A stretch of 63,425 bases of DNA. It comes from Bacilli bacterium (GTDB taxonomy: Bacteria > Bacillota_I > Bacilli_A > RFN20 > CAG-288). The stretch covers positions 1 through 63,425 of the forward strand of contig JBAXZU010000001.1 in NCBI GenBank assembly GCA_041670225.1. The letters run 5' to 3'. Below, in pieces: positions 40,186 through 50,883 of this stretch (positions within the stretch are counted from its first letter, which is position 1; every line of letters starts with the position of its first letter). The notes beneath the pieces were generated by a model. It was not told the DNA's origin. It did no database searches and saw only the letters and a list, made by a program, of their open reading frames with translations. Made by a program: the position numbers and the translations under genes.

Positions 40186-41496
40186 TTACTTGCCGACATT
40201 GCAGATGGCAGCATTGAAAGTATCAAGCCAGCCCTTAAGTGTCTCATCAGAGATATCACCAGTGGCAGAACTGATACTAGTGTATAAAGCATCATTAGCA
40301 GCCCAGCAGCCAGAAGGAACAACAGTCTGAGCAACAGAAGTTGGGATCTGAGCAGCGACAGCAGCAACGATGACATCATCCTTGATGGCATCAGAAGCTA
40401 AGGCCTCCTTATTAACTGGTGAAGTTCCCAATTCAGTGTATCTGCCAATCTGAGCATCCTTGCTGATTAAGTAGGTAGCAATCTTCTGATCGAGAAGAGC
40501 ACGGGCAGTGTCAGTACCATAAGCCTTAGGGTTGATACCATAGAGCTTGTAGCCTAAGAAATTGTGGCAATAATCAGTAGATTCAGCATTTCCGAGCTTA
40601 GGAAGTCTGGCAACACCATAATTGTCGCCTAAGTCTTTCTTCATATCGGATGATCTCCATGCTCCGGAAACGGTGGCACCATAAGCATTGGAAACAGTGC
40701 AGGTCTTACCGGAATCTTCAGTAACATCAACATTAGCATTTTTGCAAAGTTTAACTAATTCTTTGGCAGCCTTAATTCCGTTTTCTCCGTTGAAATCAGC
40801 GGCAATGCTGTTGATGGACTTTCCATCTTCAGATAAGGTGATGTTCCATTTGGCACCATAGGTAGAAAGGAATGGGATACCATACCAGCTGTTCTTAAGA
40901 GGATAATTGTACTTAACGCTCTTAGAAGTACAGGCAGCAATGATGTCCTCAGTATTAGTAGTCTTATCGGCTGGAACTAAACTGGTGTTGTTATACATGA
41001 AGTAAGTATTAGTGGTGAAAGGATAACCATAAGTACCGGCATCACCTAAAGTAGCAGCAGCAACAACGTCTTCTCCTAAGCTGGTAGTCATAGTAGCAAG
41101 ATCAGCACTGTTGACCTTGGCTAAAGCACCACTTGCCATAAGGTTAAGGATCTTATCGCCAGCGAAAGCATAGACATCCGGACCAACAGACCAATCGGAA
41201 ACCTTACTATCAGCTTCATTTTCTTCAAGGGCATAAGGCTGAACGGTAACATTGGTATAACCTAAGGAAGTAACATAATTGGTAACCTGAGTCTTGACCC
41301 AGTCAACCTCAGCAGCAGGTGAACCAATTTTAATAGTGAAGTCATACTTTGATAAATCTTCGGCAGTAGAAGTAGAAGTACTAGTGGAAGTATCAGTAGA
41401 AGTGCCAGTAGAAGTAGAAGCGCTAGTAGTATTGCATCCGGTAAGTCCAACGGCAGCAACAAACATAATAGAAGCTAATTTCATAATCTTTTTCAT
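40186..41496 (-). CDS. ABC transporter substrate-binding lipoprotein (maltodextrin-type, MalE-like)
   Basis: 436 aa. Lipobox LTGCN followed by a Ser/Thr-rich linker. First gene of the permease operon. Confidence 0.85.
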   Translation of the reverse strand: MKKIMKLASIMFVAAVGLTGCNTTSASTSTGTSTDTSTSTSTSTAEDLSKYDFTIKIGSPAAEVDWVKTQVTNYVTSLGYTNVTVQPYALEENEADSKVSDWSVGPDVYAFAGDKILNLMASGALAKVNSADLATMTTSLGEDVVAAATLGDAGTYGYPFTTNTYFMYNNTSLVPADKTTNTEDIIAACTSKSVKYNYPLKNSWYGIPFLSTYGAKWNITLSEDGKSINSIAADFNGENGIKAAKELVKLCKNANVDVTEDSGKTCTVSNAYGATVSGAWRSSDMKKDLGDNYGVARLPKLGNAESTDYCHNFLGYKLYGINPKAYGTDTARALLDQKIATYLISKDAQIGRYTELGTSPVNKEALASDAIKDDVIVAAVAAQIPTSVAQTVVPSGCWAANDALYTSISSATGDISDETLKGWLDTFNAAICNVGK

Positions 41497-41703
41497 TTTT
41501 CAAATCCTCCATTTATGAAATAGTCGGCTTAATGGTTGAAATATAGAAGTTTCAGAACAATAATGATAAGCTAACTATTTATTAGCTCCCTAAGGAGGCC
41601 TACCCTAGGAAGATAAAGCGTTAAGACGCATCAATTTAATAGTTATCTTTGTTCTGATAACTGGTTTGGAATAGCTGTAGTTGTGCTTGATATAAGTCAA
41701 AAA

Positions 41704-41718
41704 CTGGCAGCGTTTTCA
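41704..41718. promoter_or_regulatory. candidate cre (CcpA) site upstream of the maltodextrin transporter operon
   Basis: Minus strand TTGAAAACGCTGCCA fits all fixed positions of WTGNAANCGNWNNCW. About 210 nt upstream of the binding-protein start. Confidence 0.45.
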
Positions 41719-42049
41719 AAAACCGCTTACATTTTACAAGTTTTTTTAAAAAATGTAAAGTTTTACGGAAAATCTAATAAATCAAAAAATGTTAAATTTA
41801 ATTTTTAAAAAATGGCTTACCTAAAAGTGTTTTAAAGGAAACCAATGTAATTATAATAAAATTTCTAAAAATGTAAATTTACCATTAAAAATAATTTTGT
41901 TTTTTAAGTTGGAAACTAAAAAATCAACAATATTTAATAAAAAAATAGGCAAAATTGAGAAAAAATTAACAAAAAATGATAAAAAATCAAAAAATTACTT
42001 TTTACCTAAAAATATTTTTTTACGACTTTCGATTTAAAACACTTTCAAT

Positions 42050-42089
42050 TAAAAAAAACTATCGGGATTATTCAACATCTCCAATAGTT
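42050..42089 (-). terminator. rho-independent terminator after malQ
   Basis: Minus strand AACTATTGG...CCGATAGTT stem (one G-U pair) followed by TTTTTTTT. Confidence 0.55.
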
Positions 42090-42093
42090 TTGT

Positions 42094-43605
42094 TTAATTT
42101 CTTCCGTATTTAATATTCAGTGCCCTTAGTTCAAAGGCTAAATCTTTATTAAAATCTTCTTCAGTTATTCGATAAGTCCAGTTGTTTCCTTTGGTTGACG
42201 GAGTATTGATTCTGGCTTCGCTTCCCTGTAAGAGAATATCATTCATAGATTGGATAGCGACTTTTGAATTGCTGGCTAGATTCATCTCCATAATAGCCTG
42301 GGCGGCTTGTCGATTATCATTCTGTGGTGGAGTGATTCCAAAACGTTTACAAGTTTTGATTATCTCATCGATGGCTTTCTGATGATCGGCTTCAGACATT
42401 GATGACAGGTAGCTTACCAAGGTATCACAGTCATGAGTGGTTGAGAAGCTATAGCAGGAGTAATGGTAATTCAGAGGATTGTTGGGATTATCCAGTCCAC
42501 GGGGGAAAGCTAATTCAGAAACCTTGGTATCCGGAAGCTTGGTAGAATCTAGGAATTCTGAGAACTCCTGACTTTCAAAATCGACGTCTTCGGCAATCAA
42601 ACGGTTATGGTAATTGTTGCAGACGGTTCCGAAACCTGCTCCTGGTCCCTTTTTCCAGGTTCCATTCAAACCGTCTTTGCTTCCGTAAGGCAAAGAGTAG
42701 TATTCAAGGATACAACGGGAAGAGGAAATCATGATAATGTCATAGAGTTTGAGATAGTAATTGAGTCGGTCACGGAAAAAACGATAATAGTTCTTTTTCA
42801 TATAATCGAAATTATAGAGAGGATTACCCCAGACTTGTCCGGTTTTATAAAAGAAATCCGGCGGATATCCGGCTGTTTCTGTCATTCTTCTTTTATTGTC
42901 TAACTGGAAATTACGGTAATGCTTATAGACTTCAACAGAGTCATAAGAAACATACATTGGCATTTCACCGATTATCTTTATGCCTTTTTCGTGGGCATAG
43001 TTTGTTAACTGATCCCATTGACGAAGGAAAATATACTGAGTCCAGATATTGAACTCAACATCGTCTTTATTTAAATGTTTGATTTCACGAAAATGCTTTT
43101 CTGAATAATCATCATAAGGAGGATCGTAGTCCGGCCAGGCCTTATAGGAGTACTGATCTTTCAAGGTCATGAAACAGGCATAGTCCAGATAGCCGTTCTT
43201 TCTGATAAATGAAGTATAGCCTTTTTGATAGTCTCCCTGTCCTTTAATGAATCTTTTAAAAGCTATCCTTAAGATTTTTTTCCGGTTAACGAAAATCTTT
43301 CCGTAATCGACTTTCCGAGGATTATCTCCCCAATCGATATTATTTAAGTCTTTTTTCTTTAATAAGCCTTTATCAATCAGATCTTCAAGATCGATAAAAA
43401 AAGGATTGAGAGCTTTTGAGCTGAAACTTTGATAAGGTGAATCAAGAAAGGCTGTTGGGACTAAAGGGAGGATGCTCCAGTAGGAGAACCCTGCTTTAGC
43501 TAGAAAGTCGATGAATTTTTTGGCACCTTTTCCAATCGTTCCTATTCCGTATTTATCAGGAAGGGAGAAGATTGGCAGGGCGACCCCAGAACTTTTGTAA
43601 TTCAT
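42094..43605 (-). CDS. malQ: 4-alpha-glucanotransferase (amylomaltase, GH77)
   Basis: 503 aa. N-terminal SGVALPIFSLP...GIGT and the WGNPLYN motif are typical of MalQ. Confidence 0.92.
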   Translation of the reverse strand: MNYKSSGVALPIFSLPDKYGIGTIGKGAKKFIDFLAKAGFSYWSILPLVPTAFLDSPYQSFSSKALNPFFIDLEDLIDKGLLKKKDLNNIDWGDNPRKVDYGKIFVNRKKILRIAFKRFIKGQGDYQKGYTSFIRKNGYLDYACFMTLKDQYSYKAWPDYDPPYDDYSEKHFREIKHLNKDDVEFNIWTQYIFLRQWDQLTNYAHEKGIKIIGEMPMYVSYDSVEVYKHYRNFQLDNKRRMTETAGYPPDFFYKTGQVWGNPLYNFDYMKKNYYRFFRDRLNYYLKLYDIIMISSSRCILEYYSLPYGSKDGLNGTWKKGPGAGFGTVCNNYHNRLIAEDVDFESQEFSEFLDSTKLPDTKVSELAFPRGLDNPNNPLNYHYSCYSFSTTHDCDTLVSYLSSMSEADHQKAIDEIIKTCKRFGITPPQNDNRQAAQAIMEMNLASNSKVAIQSMNDILLQGSEARINTPSTKGNNWTYRITEEDFNKDLAFELRALNIKYGRN

Positions 43606-44078
43606 ATTCCGCTTTTATACCTATAATTTTTGCATTTTAATTTAGTTTTGTAAAGCAATAATTAAAAAGAAAAAATAAGCACGACAAAATAAATTAGATA
43701 AATCTAATTTAGGTTTCGAGGAAAAAATTTATTATCGAGTGATTTTTTGTTTTGCTAATCTGTTTTATAAGATAATTAGGAACTATTATTTAGGCTCATT
43801 ACCCTTTTGTTATTCATAGGAAAACATAATCTTTCTATTTTAAAAATTTAAGTCACTATTTTAAAAAAATAAAAAAAGTAAATATTTTTATTATTAATAA
43901 AAAATTATTAATAAAAGAACAATTCTAATAATAATTTTAAAGTTGTATTTAATTTTTTGTTCTTTTTCCTTTACCTTTTCAAGTAAAAACGAAAAAACAT
44001 CAAAACGTGAAAGGGGTTTACTTTTATTAATTTATTGTTTATATTTGTGTTATGTTTTGGAAAGAGAGGAGTCTCTAC

Positions 44079-45446
44079 ATGGACTTTTTTTCATACTTTG
44101 AGGACTATTACATTAATTTAAAATTTGGACCAACCTTTATTATTACCGGAATTGTTTTTTCTTTATCAATTGCTATTATGTTTAATCCGATACAAAAGAA
44201 GGCTTCCTATTTTTTACGGCTTTTTATTGATTTTATTTGTGTTTTTATTGTTCAGCTGCTTGTCAACTGTCTCCTTCATTCCTCTTTTGAGGCTGGCAAT
44301 GTTCTATCTTTTGATCTTTACACCATGTATTATGTTTGGTTCATTGTGGCTTTTATCCATTCCTTCTATCCTAATAAAACTTCTTATCCTATCCGATTTA
44401 CTTATGCCTTATTTGTTAATGCCTTTATCGTCTGTCTTTTAGGAATATCAGGTTCGATTGGAAATATTTTCTTCCATACTACCGAAATACATAATTCCTT
44501 GGGGACTGATATAACGTTCTATTCTATTATTTTCCTGACTTTAGCCTGTGTTATTTTTGCTAAGATGATGCCTTTGGAAAAATATAAAAAGGTTCCTTTC
44601 TCCGGTATAATTGTTGTCGATGTAGTTTTTGTTCTTTCTCTGGTTTTCCTGATTTCTCTTCAGGTATTTTCAGGTGAAAGTGATGAACTGAGAGTCATCT
44701 CTTCTGCTATTCTTCTTATTATTGATTGCCTTACCTACATTCTCTTCTACATCACTATCAGAAACTATAATCACAACCTTTATTATCAGGCAATGGAACT
44801 GAAAGTTGAAAACATTGATAATCAGATTGAATTAGCTTCACGCAAATCGGAAGAGCTGCACGTTATCCGTCATGATATCAAGAATCAGTTCGAATATATT
44901 GACCGGCTTCTTAAAGCTAAAGAATATGACAAACTAAACGAATATTTCAATGATCTCAATGAAAAGACTCGTCTGGCCGTTGATTATATCGACTGCGGAA
45001 ACAGTACTCTTAATCATGTTCTGAATATCATTAAATCTAAAACTGATGTCAGGCATCTGGTCTTTATGACAGACATCAGTGTTCCCCATCAGTTAAAGAT
45101 CAATGATACTGATTTAGTATCTATGATGGTGAATCTTTTGGATAATGCTATTGAGGGAACTGAAAGATCAGGTAAGAAGGGACCTATCAATCTGAAAATC
45201 TTCTATCAAGGAAATTATTTGTTCATCAATTGCTCAAATCCGGTTGATGAAAGTATTGATCCTAAGAAAATACTATCTTTGAAGACAAGTAAGACAGAAA
45301 GCGACAATCATGGTTACGGACATAAGATAATTAAAGGGATTGTGACAAATTATCAAGGATTCATTGATTATTCCATTAAAGACGGATACTTTATTTCTTC
45401 CTTAATGCTTTGTCTGAAGAAGTTTACTAACGAAGAAGAGGAATAG
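44079..45446 (+). CDS. AgrC/LytS-type (HPK10-like) sensor histidine kinase
   Basis: Six or more N-terminal TM segments. H-box HVIRHDIKNQ, N-box LLDNAIEG, G-box GYGHKIIKG. Start at 44079 preferred (GAGGAG RBS); the track ORF begins at 44052. Confidence 0.8.
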   Translation: MDFFSYFEDYYINLKFGPTFIITGIVFSLSIAIMFNPIQKKASYFLRLFIDFICVFIVQLLVNCLLHSSFEAGNVLSFDLYTMYYVWFIVAFIHSFYPNKTSYPIRFTYALFVNAFIVCLLGISGSIGNIFFHTTEIHNSLGTDITFYSIIFLTLACVIFAKMMPLEKYKKVPFSGIIVVDVVFVLSLVFLISLQVFSGESDELRVISSAILLIIDCLTYILFYITIRNYNHNLYYQAMELKVENIDNQIELASRKSEELHVIRHDIKNQFEYIDRLLKAKEYDKLNEYFNDLNEKTRLAVDYIDCGNSTLNHVLNIIKSKTDVRHLVFMTDISVPHQLKINDTDLVSMMVNLLDNAIEGTERSGKKGPINLKIFYQGNYLFINCSNPVDESIDPKKILSLKTSKTESDNHGYGHKIIKGIVTNYQGFIDYSIKDGYFISSLMLCLKKFTNEEEE

Positions 45447-45448
45447 TT

Positions 45449-46181
45449 ATGGAAATGAAAATTGCCTTAGTCGATGATAATCAGTCAACAGTTCAGATGG
45501 TCTCCGGAACTCTGAAGCCTTTATTTGAATCCCGGGGAATTAAGCCTGATGTTTATTATTACTTCAGTGGTGAAGCTTTAGAGAATGATTTAGGAAAAGT
45601 CTCTTTTGATCTGATTTTCTTGGATATTGAGATGCCTCAATTGGATGGCATCAGTCTAGCTGCCAGAATGAGAGAAAAAGAATATACAACTCCCATAATT
45701 TTTCTTTCTAACCGTGAGGATCGGGTCTTTGACTCTTTACAGGTCAGTCCTTTTGGATTTGTCCGAAAATCAAACTTCCTCAATGATTTTGGTAAAGTAG
45801 TTAACCGTTTTATTGATTCAATCAAGATTGATAAATCTGTTACTCTCTTGGTTTCGGATAAGGATGAAACGATTGCTCTTAATGTCAGGGATATCATCAT
45901 GATTGTCAGCCAGAAGAAAAAAAATGGTTTATGCTTCTGGAAGAGAAGAACCTTATGCTATTCACTTGACTATGGAAAAACTGAAAGATGATCTGGCCTC
46001 AGAGGGGTTCATCTGCTGCTGCAAAGGAATCCTGGTCAATTATGTCTTTATTGATGCAATCAAGGAAAGTGATATTGAGCTGAAGAACGGAAAAACAGTT
46101 CCGATGTCCAGAAGACAAACTTCAGAGACAAAGAAGAAATATTTGGAACTGATGCAACAGCACTCAATTCTGATCATGTAA
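45449..46181 (+). pseudogene. LytTR-family response regulator, interrupted by a +1 frameshift in an A8 tract
   Basis: REC domain (ALVDDN, LIFLDIEMPQLDG) in one frame. After A8 at 45917-45924 the LytTR DNA-binding domain continues in another frame (MVYASGREEPYAIHLTMEKL...CCKGILVNYVFID). Seven A would restore one 243-aa ORF. Confidence 0.8.
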
Positions 46182-46188
46182 GAATTCA

Positions 46189-46222
46189 AGGATACCGGGC
46201 TCTTGGCAGGTATCCTTTTTTG
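46189..46222 (+). terminator. rho-independent terminator after the two-component genes
   Basis: AGGATACC-loop-GGTATCCT stem followed by TTTTTT. Confidence 0.75.
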
Positions 46223-46508
46223 ATGGCTTTTGAACCCCTTTTGAGAGGAGTCTAACACCACAACCTCTTCTAAAAAGGATACAAGTTGCGTGAAAAGAAT
46301 GCCCTTTCACGCCTAAAAATACCGCTTATTCCCATAGAAATGCCTTTTGTTCCCTTAAAAAATCCACAAATGGAGAAAAAATGTCCTCTTGTTTCCAAAT
46401 TCAGGAAACCGCTTTTATTTTCGGTAAACTATTGCAAGCTTCGGGTCGGACTTGGCCAGCTGACCCAGCCAGTCGAATAGTCTATCGTGATTAATCTAGG
46501 AGGAAACA

Positions 46509-49500
46509 ATGAAAAAATCACAGAAAAGAAAGATTATTGGATGTAGTTCATTAGGCGTCATCGGAGTTGCATTAATTGCCTTCAATGTCGGTTTAGGAAC
46601 TAACTTCAGTAATGTTGCTCAGTCTTTAGGTACTACTACTGTAACTGGTAATTACACCAGTGCCGACTGCTTTAACGATGGTGTTAAGGCTAATACTGAA
46701 ATTGAAGAAGAAGGTGCAGCTCTATTAGTCAATAAAGATAATCTTCTTCCTTTAACCAATCAGAAAGTCACTATCTTAGGTGCCTGTTCCCACAACTATG
46801 TTCAGGGTGGAACTGGTTCTGCCGGCGGTAAGGATGATCAGAATACTGTCATGCTTGATACCGTTATGGAAAATGCCAATATTGACTACAACAAAACTGC
46901 CTGGGAATGGCTTGACAATGCTTTAGGTTTAGGTCAGGATTCCCATAATGCTACTGTCAACAAGGATTATTTAGCCGAAGCCGATAAGGAAGTTGTCTCC
47001 AAATATGACTGGACTGACTATAAAACCATCCATGAATTCTCTCAGGATACTTACAATCAGTTTGTTACCGATACTGTCATCGGTTCCTACAAGGATGTCG
47101 CTATTGTCACCTTTGGAAGAAGTGGTGCTGAAGGTGCCTCTCCTTCTCTTGAATATGATGGAAACAAAGATACTACTACTGGACGTGACTATCTCGAACT
47201 CTCAGATGAAGAAAAAGATCTTCTGAAGTTCTGCAAGTCCAAGTTCAGCCACACTATTGTTCTGATTAACTCTGCTTTACCAATGGAATGCGGATTTGTC
47301 AACAATGATGATTACAATGTTGATGGCGTTCTTTGGATTGGTTTACCTGGCGAAGCCGGTATCAATGCTGTCGGTGAGATTCTTAACGGAAATGTCAATC
47401 CTTCCGGACATCTGGTTGATACCTGGACTTATGACATGACCACTAATCCAACCTTCTATTCCGCAAATGATCAGACTTATTCCAATGTTTCCGGCAATGG
47501 TATCGGATCCAAGAATAAGTATTATGAATACAATGAAGGTATTTATGTTGGATATCGTTATTATAAAACTGCTGATGCCGCTGGATATTTTGATTCCACC
47601 GACTTTAAGAACACTAAGTTCAAGGGTCATATCGGTGAAGGCAAGTATTATTCTGAATTAAGTGAAACCAACACCTATGAGTCAATGAAGGCTGAAGGCC
47701 CTAAGGCTACCTATGCTGGCTATGATGAATTAGTTCAGTTCCCATTCGGATATGGTCTGAGCTACACCTCCTTTAAGCAGGAAATCACTTCCAAGGATAT
47801 CAAGCTTGAAAAGCATGGCGAAAATACGATCAGTGTCAAAGTTACCAATACCGGCAAGGCTGCTGGAAAGAGCGTTGTCCAGATTTATATGGAATCCCCC
47901 TACAATCAGGATACTACTTTAGGCATTACCGGTGTTGGTCTTGAAAAAGCCAAGATGGAATTAGTTGGCTTTGCTAAGACTGATGAATTGGCTCAAGGCG
48001 AAAGCCAATCTGTTGAAGTCAGTTTCTCAACTGATGAATTAGCTTCCTATGATGAATTCGGAAAAGGAAGATATGTCCTTGAAAAGGGTGATTATACTTT
48101 CCATGTTGCTCAGAATGCTCACAGCTGGAATGCTGATGATGCCGATATTTATGGCGGAGACTATGCCACTACCACAACTAATGTTGCTGATACCAAGATC
48201 TATGATGACAAGAGAGTCATCACCATGAATGGTGTCACGGTTGAGGAAGGTACTGTTGCTAAGAATATCATGGCTGATATCACTGCTGGTGATGGTGCTA
48301 TGTTAGTTAACGGTGGTTCTTCCGGAAGTTATAAGCTTGGCTATCTTTCCCGTAAGGATTTTGCCTCCGGACTTAAGGAAATCATGTCCTATCAGTCTGA
48401 TGATGATACTGGCAAATACTCCGGGAACGGTTATGTCTGGTCGGCTGACGGCAAGGGAACAACTCCTTTAGCCAATGGCGGTGTTACCGAGAATGGTTCT
48501 GTCCGCAGAAAGGCTGCCCAGGCTGTTGTCGATGCTATTGTCACTACTCCTGCCCAGTTGACTGTTGATGGTGTCAACAATGGTATGGATTATAACTATG
48601 GCTCTTTAGTTGCTGACGGAATCACTTTACCTGATGGTCAGACTACTAAGAAGCTTTATGGCTATGGCAATGATGCCGCTGTCAATTCTGCTCTGACCAG
48701 AGATGGAAAATCAGCTGATGATGCTTCCTATCTGAAGAGTGATGCCGGAAATGAAATCAAGTTTGATGCTACTTATTATGTAGCTGAGAATAATGGTGAA
48801 TTAGTCAAGGCTGAAGATGGCTATGTTGCTATTTTTGACACTCAGGCTGATGCCAATGGAAGAGGAACTGCCAGAAAGCTTATGGCTGCTGATATGGCTG
48901 GTGTTCCTGATGATGATTTAGACAGATGGGATAAGTTAGCCAATGAATTATCATTCAATGAAGCTGACGATCTCATGGGTATCAACTCCTGGCAGGAAAT
49001 GGGGCTGCCGAATCAGTTGGCAAACCTCATCAGTTAGCTATTGATGGTCCTGGTGAAGCCGGTAATGCTCAGCATCCTGACCGTACTTGGTGGAACTGCG
49101 CTGTTGTTATCGCTGCTACCTGGAATGTCGAAATGCCTTATCTCTATGGTGAAAACTATGGTAAGCATGATCTTCTCAATGGTGTCAACTATTGCTACTG
49201 CCATTCAATGAACACTCATCGTACTCCTTTCGGCGGAAGAAACTTCGAATATTATTCAGAAGACGGATTTATTGCCGGTATCATCGGCGGTAACGCTGTT
49301 GCCGGTCTCCAGTCGGTCGGTATGCATGTCTTCTCAAAGCATATGGCTTTGAACGATTCTGATACTAACCGTAATGGTGTCACTACTTTCGCTGATGAAG
49401 CTTCTATCCGTGAAATCTATTCCAAGCCTTATGAAATTGTCACTAAGTACTTCCAGGCTGATGGTATCATGGGTTCACTTAACTCTCTTGGCGTCAGCTG

Positions 49501-49939
49501 GTCTCACTCCGGTTTCTACATTGATCTTGTCCGTACTGAATGGAAGTGGCATGGAATGCTGATCACTGATGGTGATGGTTCTTCCAGTGACTGCTACAAC
49601 CAGTATTCCTTCTGGACCTTCGGTACTGAAGGCGGCTTACTTGGCAGTGGTTCTTTACGTACTACCTGTGCTTACCAGTCCATCACTGCTGACACTGCTT
49701 CAAACTTCGTTAAGTACACTCTCCATAAGATTGCCCGTAATGCCTTATATCAGTATTCTCACAATCAGGATAAGTTAGGTGTTCAGAATGTTGTCACTCC
49801 TAACACTGTTGCTCCTGTTGCTATTCTTGTCTCGGTTGATGTTGTCTTAGTTGCCGCAGCTGGTGCTATTGCTGCTTGGACCTTCATCCCTAGAAAGAAG
49901 AAGGTTATTGTTGATGATTCCGAAGGTGATACTAAGTAA
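46509..49939 (+). pseudogene. GH3 glycoside hydrolase (beta-glucosidase family) with permuted domain order, interrupted by a 1-nt frameshift
   Basis: N-terminal TM, GH3 alpha/beta-sandwich domain (FPFGYGLSYTSF), Fn3-like domain, then the catalytic barrel in another frame (AIDGPGEAG..., RTPFGGRNFEYYSEDG, nucleophile region GMLITDGDG), then a C-terminal TM. The frame change maps to 48997-49004 (GAAATGGGG). Confidence 0.8.
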
Positions 49940-49997
49940 ATAATGAAATGTCCAGGCCTGTCAGTTACGCTGACAGGCTAAGACTTTTGGAGGAAAA

Positions 49998-50867
49998 ATG
50001 AAAAAACATACATTATTTTCTGCCTTGTTAGCTTGTTTCGTTCTTGCAGGCTGCGGTGGATCAAACAAATTAGCTACTCCCACTGAATTCGAGTATACAG
50101 TTGCTACGGGCGCTTTCAAATTCAAAGGTGTTGAGAATGCTGAAACCTACACTATCAACGTTTACGAAGTTTTACCGGATGCTCTTGTTGCTTCCCTTGC
50201 CACAGGTGATACTACCAAGAAAGAAGTCATTACCTATAATGTTGACGGAAAAGACGTCAATGTCTGGCAGTGCTCAATCGGTTCCAGAGCTTCTATGAAG
50301 GCTGGTACTGATGGCTATATCTCAAATAAGATTGCCTACTACAGCTATTCTTCTTCGGCTATGTCCGGCGGCAGCCCAATCTCCTGCGCTGATACTCCTC
50401 TTACTGATTATGTCGCTGTTGCTATGGCTTCTAAGACTGACACTCATGCTGCTTCTGATCCCGCTCTTATCTCTTTCCGTCACACCGGAACTTTAGCTAC
50501 TCCTTCTTCAATCACTTACACCATTTCCGATGAATGAAAACTTACTGTTTCACTTAACAGTTACATGACTAGCTGCTTAACCACTTATGGTATTCCATCT
50601 AAGATTGAAGTCGAGGGACTGATGGATGGAGTCTCATTTAATAAGGCTACTATTAATGATTACAATTATTCTGTCTCAGTCAATGGTCCGAATACTGCCT
50701 ATAACTTTGATAAGGCTTCTCCTGTCTTTGACGGAACTTATTCCGCTGATGACAAGGATAAGATCACTATCAATGTCAAGGCTTACGGAAACGGTACAGA
50801 TATTCTCGATTCTGAAATCGGAACTGCCACCTATTCCAGCGGTTCTTCTTCCGGCGGACCGATGTAA
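49998..50867 (+). pseudogene. putative lipoprotein with an in-frame TGA at 50535-50537
   Basis: Lipobox LAGCGG. ORFs 49998-50537 and 50565-50867 share one frame, separated only by one TGA. The repeated module start LATP(T/S)xxxYT(V/I) spans the stop. Confidence 0.6.
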
Positions 50868-50883
50868 ATAAGGAGAATCTTCC

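Noticed and set aside
45903-46181. 92-aa ORF (MSARRKK...) and the 59042 TTG-initiated ORF treated as independent genes
   Set aside because: Each encodes the C-terminal half of a domain architecture begun by the ORF upstream, the LytTR domain and the MBOAT His region respectively. They are fragments of interrupted genes.
46286-46480. 64-aa plus-strand ORF between the response regulator and the GH3 gene
   Set aside because: It has no RBS and no recognisable motif, and it lies in the leader region. It is more likely non-coding.
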